This document shows positions 10,564-19,386 of a stretch of 64,000 bases of DNA, one piece after another (the first letter of the stretch is position 1; each line of letters opens with the position of its first letter). This DNA comes from an uncultured Acidobacteriota bacterium. Lineage in GTDB: Bacteria > Acidobacteriota > UBA6911. A model generated the notes under the pieces. It was given only the letters and a program-made list of their open reading frames with translations. It was not told the DNA's origin and made no database searches. The position numbers and the translations under genes are program-made. The DNA is taken from NCBI GenBank assembly GCA_963843575.1, contig CAWJKZ010000018.1:97195-161194 (forward strand). The letters are read 5' to 3'.

Positions 10564-13244
10564 TCCGCCTTTTCCTGCCTGGCGATAGGTATTGAGATCT
10601 GGACAGTGGTGCCCGCGGCGGGCCTGCTCGTGATCTGGAGGGTCCCGTCGAGCATGCGCACGCGTTCACGCATGATCGTGAGCCCGAGGCTCGGGGTGGC
10701 CGGCTGGGTATTCGGACGAAGCCCGGAGCCGTCGTCAGTAATGAGGCACTCGATGGCGGTGGCGGATGCCTTGAGGCTAACGGCCACGGTGTGCGCGCCT
10801 GCGTGGCGGGCGACGTTGGTGAGCGCCTCCTGGACGACGCGGTACAGGGTGATGTGACGGTCGCGCGGCAGCAGGGGGTCGACGCCATCCAACTCGGTCG
10901 TGACCTCGATGCCGGTGGCCCGGGCAAGATCGTGCCCGAGCCTCCTCAACGCGGCCGAGAGCCCGAGGTCCTCCAGGATGCTCGGGCTGAGGTCGCGCGA
11001 CAGCCGGCGCACGCTGTCGATCATGTCGTCGATATACGACCGCATCCCGTCGCATTCGACCTGGAGGTCGCGCTGCTCGGCCGGGAGTTTTTTCACGAAG
11101 GAGCCGAGCCGCAGTTTCAGCAGCGTCATCGACTGCCCGAGTTCGTCGTGCAGTTCCCTGGAGATGCGGCTGCGTTCGGTTTCCTGCGCCGTCAGGAGCT
11201 GGGCGGAGAGGAACCGCAATTCCTCTTCCGAGGCGCGCAAGGCCTCCTCGGACCGTTTGCGCTCGGTGATGTCGTGGAAGAGCTCGAGCTTTCCGATACT
11301 GCCGTCTTGGGTTTCGACGGGTGTGTCGAACAGGTCGTAAGTCTTGCCGGTTTTCGGGGAAGTCCACTCCCAGTGCACGTCGGATCCCGAAAATGCCGGA
11401 AGGCTGGGACACGAGGGGCAGGATTCGTCCATCCCCTTGAAATACTCGTGGCACGTGCGCCCGTCGACGGGTCCAAACTCCTTTTCGAGCCAGGGATTTT
11501 TGTATTCGATCTCGTTGCGTCGGTTGGCGATGTAGATGCCTTGGGGCATGGCGTCCAGGATGCGCTTGAGCTTGTTGCGCTCCTCCTGCACCGCCTGCTC
11601 CATGCGGAGGCGCTCTGTGATGTCGGTTCCCAGTTCCATCACGAGCCGGACGTTGTCGCGCAGGTCGAACGGGTAGTGATAGACGTGGTATTGCCGCCCC
11701 TCCGGCGAAGTCCAGACGCGCTCGGCGGCGGTGTTAGCCCTGAGGACCCTCAAGGTCGGGCAGTCCTCGCACGGCTCGTCGCGTCGCGCCATGACGGTGT
11801 AGCACGGGTTGACGCCGGCATCCCCGAAGATCTCGCGGAACCGGCGGTTGGTGAATTTTACGGAACAGTCTTCGCCGTGCAGGCAGACGAAGGAGGGGAG
11901 CCCGTCCAGGATTTTGAAGAGACGCTGCCGTTCCGAATCGAGCTCCTCGTTGAGGCCTGCCAGCTGTGCCGTGCGCTCGAGGACGCGCTGTTCCAGCTGG
12001 TCGTGGGCCCGCTTGAGCCCTTCCTGTGCCCTGATGCGTTCGATCGCGGGACCGAGCTGCCCGGCTGCGACCTTGACCAGGTCCATCAACGGCAGCATCG
12101 CCCTCGAGTCGGGCAGCCCCGCTAGGTGAATCACTCCCAGTTTGCGCGGGCCCACGCGGATCGGGGCGAGTGCGACGCCGTCGAACCCCTGCGCTCGGCA
12201 GGCGTTCCTGATCCATTGTTCGCGTTGTGGCGGGGACATCGAAACCGCGTCAGATGTTTCGAAGACGCCGGGATCAAAATCGGCGAAGGCGGTGTGTGCC
12301 AGTCTCCCGGCTTCGTCCCAGGTCCAGATGCCCGCAGCGGAACAGCCGGTCAGGCTCCTGATCTTGGCGACGCACTCCTGAAGCAGCGGCTTCACTTCCA
12401 GGTGCCGGTTGGCCAGCATCAGGAACTCGTTGGAGACCTGCAGCACTCGCTGCGTTCTCTTCAGCTCGGAGATGTCGCGCCAGGCCACGACCCCGCCCGT
12501 TATTGCGCCCTGGTCGTCCCGGATCGGCGCGGCGTTGCAGAGCGCGGTGATGACCGAACCGTCGGCCCGGTGCAGGACCCATTCCTCGTTGGTGACTACC
12601 TCGCCGTAGCGCGTGGCCCGCGTGAGCGGGAGCTGCGCCACCGGCGCGGGCTCGCCGGTCGGAGGGGAGCCTTCCCATGCTTCGTGCGCCGGCCGCGCCA
12701 TATTTTCCCCCAAACTGGCCCCGCGCAGCATCTCGAGCCCGTACTTGCTGCTGCGCTGTATCGCGGCGTCGGAGGCGTCCGCAATGGTGATCCCCTCCGG
12801 GATGTGTTCCAGCAACGCGTCGAGGGCTCTCTCGTGTTTGCGTGTCTGCTCCAGGTTGCGGCGCAACCGAATCAGCGCGTTAATGGTCGCAATCAGGAGC
12901 TCGGGCTCAACCGGATCGGCCACATAGCTGTCGGCCCCGGAGCCGAGTCCCTGGAGCCTGTCGCTCGAGTGGATGAACTTGGACGAAATTTGCACGACCA
13001 GGGTCGAGGCCGTGCCTGGTTCTGACTTAATCCGGCTGCACACCTCGATCCCCGAGATGTCGGGAAGGCTGACGTCGAGCAGGGCTACCTCCGGGCGCTC
13101 GCTCGCGACGAGCCGGAGAGCCTCCAGCCCCGTGTGCGCCTCGATGACCCGGAACCCGGCGTTGCGCAGGATGAAGCTCCTCATATACAGGACGTCTTCG
13201 TTGTCGTCCACGTTCAGGACGGTGGCGGTCGGTTGCGAGGACAT
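10560..13244 (-). CDS. Sensor kinase REC-PAS-GAF-PAS-PAS-HisKA_3-HATPase
   Basis: ERSRISRELHDELGQ H-box, QEALTNVARHA N-box; two PAS domains with C-x10-C-x2-CP; ATGA overlap with regulator. Confidence 0.93.
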   Translation of the reverse strand: MSSQPTATVLNVDDNEDVLYMRSFILRNAGFRVIEAHTGLEALRLVASERPEVALLDVSLPDISGIEVCSRIKSEPGTASTLVVQISSKFIHSSDRLQGLGSGADSYVADPVEPELLIATINALIRLRRNLEQTRKHERALDALLEHIPEGITIADASDAAIQRSSKYGLEMLRGASLGENMARPAHEAWEGSPPTGEPAPVAQLPLTRATRYGEVVTNEEWVLHRADGSVITALCNAAPIRDDQGAITGGVVAWRDISELKRTQRVLQVSNEFLMLANRHLEVKPLLQECVAKIRSLTGCSAAGIWTWDEAGRLAHTAFADFDPGVFETSDAVSMSPPQREQWIRNACRAQGFDGVALAPIRVGPRKLGVIHLAGLPDSRAMLPLMDLVKVAAGQLGPAIERIRAQEGLKRAHDQLEQRVLERTAQLAGLNEELDSERQRLFKILDGLPSFVCLHGEDCSVKFTNRRFREIFGDAGVNPCYTVMARRDEPCEDCPTLRVLRANTAAERVWTSPEGRQYHVYHYPFDLRDNVRLVMELGTDITERLRMEQAVQEERNKLKRILDAMPQGIYIANRRNEIEYKNPWLEKEFGPVDGRTCHEYFKGMDESCPSCPSLPAFSGSDVHWEWTSPKTGKTYDLFDTPVETQDGSIGKLELFHDITERKRSEEALRASEEELRFLSAQLLTAQETERSRISRELHDELGQSMTLLKLRLGSFVKKLPAEQRDLQVECDGMRSYIDDMIDSVRRLSRDLSPSILEDLGLSAALRRLGHDLARATGIEVTTELDGVDPLLPRDRHITLYRVVQEALTNVARHAGAHTVAVSLKASATAIECLITDDGSGLRPNTQPATPSLGLTIMRERVRMLDGTLQITSRPAAGTTVQISIPIARQEKAE

Positions 13245-13453
13245 CTGGACTCCGTGTGGAGGGTGGACATCATTATCTCACTGGAACTTCTGAAGTCAAA
13301 TGCGGTTCGGGCCTGCGTGCGGGTTCGTGCCCGCGTCGCCGATCCTGCAATCCACGGAGCCTTTGCGGCGGATCCCGCAGCTCACCTGAAGGAATATCTA
13401 ATGGACTAATAAGCTTCGGCGTCGTGCGTCTATCCAACCACCGGGCCTCGGAC

Positions 13454-13469
13454 TGGGTATTTCTACTTA
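13454..13469 (+). promoter_or_regulatory. Putative NarL-family operator TGGGTA-TTTC-TACTTA
   Basis: Between the divergent kinase and cytochrome cluster, ~100 bp before the 13569 start. Confidence 0.5.
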
Positions 13470-13568
13470 CCGCGGCTTGGGTGTTTGTGCGGATTGATCG
13501 GGGTCGCCTCCGGGCCGACAATGAGCCCACGGGTGAGGAGGCGGTCGCGTTTGCGGAAAATAGTGAAT

Positions 13569-14162
13569 ATGGTTCCGTCCAGATCGACGATCCGGTTGCT
13601 CAAAGCCTTCGTCGTCGTCGCGGCCGTGACGGCCGTGTGCGCCGTTGTTGGCCTGCGCGACCGCACCCGCCCTGCTCCCCACGGTGAGAGCGCCGCCGCG
13701 ACCCCAGCCGCCGCCGCCGCCCCTGGCGTCGAGACGCCGGATCACGAGCTGAAGGTCCTGGAGGCCGCCGCGCGCAAGAAGCCCGGGCACGCGCCGGTTC
13801 TGTTCAGGCTGGCCACCCTGGCCGAGGCGGCGGGCCGCGCGGAGGATGCACGGAAATACCTGGAGCAGATCCTGCGGGGGGAGCCGCAAAACCTGGAGGC
13901 CAGGCTCGAACTCGGGAAGGTGATGTTCGGGGCGGGCGACGTCGCCGCGGCCCTGACGCAAACCAACCTTGTCCTGAAGAGCCACCCCGATCACCCGGAC
14001 GCGCTCTACAACCTCGGCGCGATCTACGGCAACCTGGGCGACGAGCGCCTGGCCCGGGAGAACTGGATGCGGCTTCTTGCGACCAGCCCCTCGAGCGAAA
14101 GCGGCAGGCGCGCACGGCAGGCCCTCGACCGGCTGGGGGGTGGTCCCGGGGACCGCCCATGA
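13569..14162 (+). CDS. Membrane-anchored TPR protein (possible cytochrome maturation or assembly accessory)
   Basis: N-terminal hydrophobic segment, then TPR motifs (P.NLEARLELG, PDHPDALYNLG); ATGA overlap with next gene. Confidence 0.8.
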   Translation: MVPSRSTIRLLKAFVVVAAVTAVCAVVGLRDRTRPAPHGESAAATPAAAAAPGVETPDHELKVLEAAARKKPGHAPVLFRLATLAEAAGRAEDARKYLEQILRGEPQNLEARLELGKVMFGAGDVAAALTQTNLVLKSHPDHPDALYNLGAIYGNLGDERLARENWMRLLATSPSSESGRRARQALDRLGGGPGDRP

Positions 14163-16093
14163 TGCGCCCGGTCGCGTGGACTGCGGTCGTGGGACTGCTG
14201 CTGTCCTGCGGCGCCCCCGTGTGGGCGCAGATCTCGCCGGGGCCGCTGTCGCAAGCCCACGCCTCTCTGAGCGGCCCGTCGCACTGCGTCGACTGCCACG
14301 ACGTGGCGAAGCATCCGCCGGAATACAAGTGCCTGGGATGCCACAACGAAATCCGGCAGCGCCTGGACGAACGCAGAGGACTGCATCCCTCCGAGGTTGG
14401 GCAGGACCGCACCGGCCGGAGCTGCGTCCGATGCCACTCCGACCACAACGGCCGCGATTTCAACCTCATTCACTGGGACACCGCGGTGGAGAGATTCGAT
14501 CACCATCGTGCCGCGTATGCGCTCGAGGGCAGGCACGCCGGGCTCCCTTGCCGGGCCTGCCACAAACCCGAGCACATCGCCGACCCCGCCGCCCTCAAGA
14601 CCCGCGACCTGGCACGCACCTTCCTTGGCCTGTCGCGACAGTGCGCGTCGTGCCACACCGACGAACACCGGCGGCAGTTGCCCGGCGCGTGCGAGCGCTG
14701 CCACAATTTCAGGGGGTGGAAAGTCGATCTGAACTTCGACCATGCCAGCGCGAGATTCCAGCTCGACGGGGCGCACGCGCGTGTCGCGTGCGAACGCTGT
14801 CACCACAGGAGCCAGGACTCCAAGCCCTTTACCCTGTACCGCGGCCTCGACCACAGTCAGTGCTCCTCGTGTCACCGCGATCCGCACCGCGGCTCTTTCC
14901 GGGCCGAGTGCGCGTCCTGCCACTCCACCCGGAACTGGGCGCCGAACCAGGTCGCCTCGGCTTTCGATCACGCCAAGACCGTCTTTCCCCTCAAGGGGAA
15001 GCACGTCGGCCTCGCCTGCCGCTCGTGCCATTCCCAGCCTGACTTCAAGCAGCCCGTGGCCCACGGCCAGTGCGCCGATTGCCACAGGAAGGACCCGCAC
15101 GGCGGGCAGTTCGAGCGCCGGGCCGACCGCGGTTCCTGTTCCTCCTGCCACTCGGAGGAGGGATTCAAACCGGCGACCTTCTCTGTCCCCGACCACCAGC
15201 GGACGCGCTTTGCGCTTGAGGGCAAGCACCTTGACGTTGCCTGCGCGAAGTGCCACGTCCCGCGCGGGGCCGACACGGTCTATGCCATGGTTGAGCAGTC
15301 GTGCGCCTCGTGTCACAAGGACCCGCACGGTGGGCAGTTCCAGGGGCCGCCGCACCAGAACCGCTGCGAGCACTGTCACACGACCAGGGGCTTCCGGCCC
15401 TCGACCTTTACCCTCACGCAACACCGCCAGACCGGGTTTGCCCTGACCGGGAGCCACCAGGCCGTGGCGTGCGTCGAGTGCCACGCCGGCTCCGGCTCGA
15501 CGAGCGCGAGATACCGGTTTCAGGACACCGGATGCACCGCCTGCCACCGCGACCCTCACCAGGGGGAATTCGCGGCGCGCACCGCCGCATTGCGACCCGA
15601 TGGCAGACCGGCAGGGTGCGAGTCGTGCCACAACACCCTGACCTGGCGCGATCTGTCTAAGTTCGACCACGCCTCGACCCGTTTCGCGCTGCGGGGGATC
15701 CATCGTGGCCTGGCGTGCGAACAATGCCACAAGTCGACGACCTTCAAACCGGGCCTGAGCGGCGCCCTGTTCCGCTCGACGCCCCGCGAGTGCTCCGGGT
15801 GCCACGAGGACCCCCACGGAGGGCAGTTCAGCGGGAACAGCGACTGCGGCCGCTGCCACAACTTGGTGAAGTGGAAGCCGTCGCTCTTCGACCACGCAAA
15901 GGACTCCACCTACTCGCTGCAGGGGGCGCACCAACAGGTCCGCTGCGGGCTCTGCCACGTCAAGCAGAGCGCACCGTCAGGCCGCCCCATCCTGGTATAC
16001 CGTGGCACGCCCCGCACGTGCGGGGCGTGCCACGGACCCGGGTCCCCGCAGCTGACCGGCAGCCTGGAGACGGGAGGGTCGGCGACGCCATGA
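14159..16093 (+). CDS. Multiheme c-type cytochrome, 23 CXXCH motifs, exported
   Basis: Signal peptide; 23 CXXCH counted; repeating FDH..F.L.G.H / DPH.GQF triheme units. Confidence 0.95.
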   Translation: MMRPVAWTAVVGLLLSCGAPVWAQISPGPLSQAHASLSGPSHCVDCHDVAKHPPEYKCLGCHNEIRQRLDERRGLHPSEVGQDRTGRSCVRCHSDHNGRDFNLIHWDTAVERFDHHRAAYALEGRHAGLPCRACHKPEHIADPAALKTRDLARTFLGLSRQCASCHTDEHRRQLPGACERCHNFRGWKVDLNFDHASARFQLDGAHARVACERCHHRSQDSKPFTLYRGLDHSQCSSCHRDPHRGSFRAECASCHSTRNWAPNQVASAFDHAKTVFPLKGKHVGLACRSCHSQPDFKQPVAHGQCADCHRKDPHGGQFERRADRGSCSSCHSEEGFKPATFSVPDHQRTRFALEGKHLDVACAKCHVPRGADTVYAMVEQSCASCHKDPHGGQFQGPPHQNRCEHCHTTRGFRPSTFTLTQHRQTGFALTGSHQAVACVECHAGSGSTSARYRFQDTGCTACHRDPHQGEFAARTAALRPDGRPAGCESCHNTLTWRDLSKFDHASTRFALRGIHRGLACEQCHKSTTFKPGLSGALFRSTPRECSGCHEDPHGGQFSGNSDCGRCHNLVKWKPSLFDHAKDSTYSLQGAHQQVRCGLCHVKQSAPSGRPILVYRGTPRTCGACHGPGSPQLTGSLETGGSATP

Positions 16094-19000
16094 TCCATCG
16101 CGTCCAGACACAGTCACGCTGCCTGCCGCCGTGCACGGTCCCGGTCCTCCTCGGAGTGCTCGGGGTCCTGCTCTCCCTGGCGGCCACGGCTCCGGTGGCC
16201 GCCAGCCAGGAACAGGCGCGCGGACGCACGCGCAACCCGCACGGCCCCCTGCATATCGCCTGCGAGAACTGCCACACATCCACCAGCTGGAGCCCGATCC
16301 GGCCGTCACCCGATTTCTCGCACCGGGAGACGCGCTTCCCGCTGCGCGGGCTGCACACGAACGTCGCCTGCCGACTCTGCCACGTGCGGCTGGAGTTCAG
16401 CGACGTGGGAACACGGTGCGCCGACTGCCACGCCGACATCCACCGGCGCCAGTTCGGCGGCGACTGCGGGCAATGTCACACCGTCCGCGGCTGGAAGGTC
16501 ACCTCCCAGGCCATCAAAGGGCACCAGAACCGTTTCCCCTTGCTGGGAGCGCACGCCTCGACCGAGTGCCAGTCCTGCCACAAGAACGCGGCGGCCGGGC
16601 AGTTTTTGGGTCTCAGTACCGAATGCTCGTCCTGTCACCTGAAGGACTACCAGGCGGCGCGCAACCCCGATCACAAGGCGGCAAATCTCCCGGCGACCTG
16701 CGCCTCCTGCCACCGGTTCGATTCGTGGACCGGCGTGGCCTTCGATCATGCCCGATTCACCGGGTTCGCCCTCAGCGGCGCCCACACGCGGCTGTCCTGC
16801 GCTGAGTGCCACACCGGCGGCCGGTATACCGGAACCCCGGCGAACTGTTTCAGCTGCCACGCCCGGGAATACACCTCGACCGGCGACCCCAGCCACACTG
16901 CTGCCGGCTTCCCGACCGATTGTTCAAAGTGCCACACGACGCTGTCGTGGGCCGGCGCTTCCTTTGACCACAACACGACCCGGTTCGCTTTGACCGGGGC
17001 CCACTCCAAGATCGCCAGCTGCACGGCGTGCCATGTCTCCGGACGATTTGCCGGAACTCCATCGGACTGCTACAGCTGCCACATCCGGGACTACGAACGC
17101 ACCTCCAACCCCAATCACGGGAAGAGTTCCTTTTCCACCTCGTGCGCCACCTGCCATACGACCGCAGGCTGGGCCGGCGCAAAGTTCGACCACAGCCTCG
17201 CGCGCTTTGCGCTGACCGGCGCCCATCTGCAGGCTCCCTGCGCGTCCTGCCACAAGAACGGCCAATACACCGGCACCCCGGCCGATTGCGCAAGCTGTCA
17301 CCTTGCCGACTTCAACGGCACGAAAGACCCAAACCACGCGGCCGCGGGCTTCCCGCAGACGTGCGAGACCTGCCACACGACGACGCAGTGGAAGGGGGCG
17401 AAGTTCGACCACAACACCGGAACGAAGTTCCCGCTGACGGGGGCGCACGCGCGGGTGGACTGCGCGTCGTGCCACAAGAACGGCCAGTACAAGGGGACGT
17501 CGACGGATTGCGTCGGCTGCCACCTGGCCGATTTCAACGGCACGAAAGATCCGAACCACACGGCCGCGGGCTTCCCGCAGACGTGCGAGACCTGCCACAC
17601 GACGACGCAGTGGAAAGGGGCGAAGTTCGACCACAACACGGGAACGAAGTTCCCGCTGACGGGGGCGCACGCGCGGGTGGATTGCGCGTCCTGCCACAAA
17701 AACGGCCAGTACCGGGGAACGTCGACGGATTGCGTCGGCTGCCACCTGGCCGATTTCAACGGCACGAAAGATCCGAACCACACGGCCGCGGGCTTCCCGC
17801 AGACGTGCGAGACCTGCCACACGACGACGCAGTGGAAGGGGGCGAAGTTCGACCACAGCACGGGAACGAAGTTCCCGCTGACGGGGGCGCACGCGCGGGT
17901 GGATTGCGCGTCCTGCCACAAAAACGGCCAGTACCGGGGAACGTCGACGGATTGCGTCGGCTGCCACCTGGCCGATTTCAACGGCACGAAAGATCCGAAC
18001 CACACGGCCGCGGGTTTCCCGCAGACGTGCGAGACCTGCCACACGACGACGCAGTGGAAGGGGGCGAAGTTCGACCACAGCACGGGAACGAAGTTCCCGC
18101 TGACGGGGGCGCACGCCCGGGTGGATTGCGCGTCGTGCCACAAAAACGGCCAGTACCGCGGGCTCCCTGCGAGCTGCGTGTCGTGTCACAGGGCCGCATA
18201 CGACAGCACTACGAACCCGAACCACTCGGCAGCCGGTTTCCCGCAGGATTGCGCGGCGTGCCACGGCACCTCGCAGTGGAGTGGAGCCCGTTTCGACCAC
18301 AACGCCGCGACGAAGTTCCCGCTGACCGGCGCTCACGTGGCCGTGTCCTGCAAGGAGTGCCACGCGGGGGACCGTTTCGCGGGCACACCCGCGGACTGCT
18401 ACTCCTGCCACAGCGCCGCCTACACCGGAACGAAGAACCCGCCGCACGTGTCCTCGGGGTTCCCTCGGGACTGCACCCTGTGTCACTCCACCTCGGGCTG
18501 GCAGGGCGCCGTTTTCGACCACAGCCGGACGCGCTTCACGTTGACGGGTGCGCACACGACCGCCCAGTGCGTGCAATGCCACGTCAACAACGTGTTTGCA
18601 GGGACACCCACCCAGTGTGTCGCCTGCCATCTTTCGGAATACGGCAAAACCACGAACCCGAATCACGCGGCCGCGGGTTTCCCGCAAGACTGCTCACTGT
18701 GCCACGCGACTACAGGCTGGCAGGGCGCGAAGTTCGACCACACCGCCACCAAGTTCCCGTTGACCGGGGCGCACGTCGCCGCGAGCTGTGCTGCTTGTCA
18801 CTCCGGTGGCGTCTACGCCGGGCTGAACACCTCCTGCGTGTCGTGCCACCTGACGAATTTCAACAACACACGCAACCCGGACCATAAGGCCGGCGGTTTC
18901 CCCCAGCAGTGCGAAATCTGTCACGGCACGGCCGCCTGGACGCCTGCGTCCTTCGATCACGCCAGAACGGGGTTCCCGCTCACCGGGGCCCACACCTCGG

Positions 19001-19386
19001 TCCAGTGCGTCAACTGTCACGTCGGGGGGAGATACCAGGGAACCCCGACCGATTGCTACTCGTGCCACCAACTCGAATACCGGAGTGTCACCGACCCGAA
19101 CCACGCGGCGGCCGGTTTCCCGACCAACTGCACCCTCTGCCACACCACGGCCACCTGGAGCGGTGCGAAGTTCAACCACACCTTTCCGATCTATTCGGGG
19201 TCCCACGCGGGCAAGTGGAACACCTGCGGCGAGTGCCATCCGAACTCGAGCAACTACTCCGTCTTCTCGTGTACCAATTGCCACGAGCACGAAAAGACGA
19301 AAATGGACCAGGAACACCGGGATGTACGGAACTATGTTTACAACAGCGCCAACTGCTACTCGTGCCATCCGAACGGGCGGCATTAG
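16090..19386 (+). CDS. Giant multiheme c-type cytochrome, 43 CXXCH motifs, ~1098 aa, exported
   Basis: Start ATG 16090 (ATGA overlap), signal peptide, 43 CXXCH counted, ~74-aa triheme repeats. Confidence 0.95.
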   Translation: MIHRVQTQSRCLPPCTVPVLLGVLGVLLSLAATAPVAASQEQARGRTRNPHGPLHIACENCHTSTSWSPIRPSPDFSHRETRFPLRGLHTNVACRLCHVRLEFSDVGTRCADCHADIHRRQFGGDCGQCHTVRGWKVTSQAIKGHQNRFPLLGAHASTECQSCHKNAAAGQFLGLSTECSSCHLKDYQAARNPDHKAANLPATCASCHRFDSWTGVAFDHARFTGFALSGAHTRLSCAECHTGGRYTGTPANCFSCHAREYTSTGDPSHTAAGFPTDCSKCHTTLSWAGASFDHNTTRFALTGAHSKIASCTACHVSGRFAGTPSDCYSCHIRDYERTSNPNHGKSSFSTSCATCHTTAGWAGAKFDHSLARFALTGAHLQAPCASCHKNGQYTGTPADCASCHLADFNGTKDPNHAAAGFPQTCETCHTTTQWKGAKFDHNTGTKFPLTGAHARVDCASCHKNGQYKGTSTDCVGCHLADFNGTKDPNHTAAGFPQTCETCHTTTQWKGAKFDHNTGTKFPLTGAHARVDCASCHKNGQYRGTSTDCVGCHLADFNGTKDPNHTAAGFPQTCETCHTTTQWKGAKFDHSTGTKFPLTGAHARVDCASCHKNGQYRGTSTDCVGCHLADFNGTKDPNHTAAGFPQTCETCHTTTQWKGAKFDHSTGTKFPLTGAHARVDCASCHKNGQYRGLPASCVSCHRAAYDSTTNPNHSAAGFPQDCAACHGTSQWSGARFDHNAATKFPLTGAHVAVSCKECHAGDRFAGTPADCYSCHSAAYTGTKNPPHVSSGFPRDCTLCHSTSGWQGAVFDHSRTRFTLTGAHTTAQCVQCHVNNVFAGTPTQCVACHLSEYGKTTNPNHAAAGFPQDCSLCHATTGWQGAKFDHTATKFPLTGAHVAASCAACHSGGVYAGLNTSCVSCHLTNFNNTRNPDHKAGGFPQQCEICHGTAAWTPASFDHARTGFPLTGAHTSVQCVNCHVGGRYQGTPTDCYSCHQLEYRSVTDPNHAAAGFPTNCTLCHTTATWSGAKFNHTFPIYSGSHAGKWNTCGECHPNSSNYSVFSCTNCHEHEKTKMDQEHRDVRNYVYNSANCYSCHPNGRH
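17239..18160 (+). repeat. Intragenic tandem repeat, 222-bp unit, about 4 near-identical copies
   Basis: TGCGCGTC(C/G)TGCCACAA recurs at 17239, 17461, 17683, 17905 and 18127. Confidence 0.95.

Noticed and set aside
15715-16089. 125-aa N-terminal extension of the 43-heme cytochrome
   Set aside because: Overlaps the previous gene; the signal peptide and ATGA coupling point to 16090
17239-18160. Tandem repeat as CRISPR array or mobile element
   Set aside because: In-frame 222-bp coding units with no spacers; no cas genes in the window
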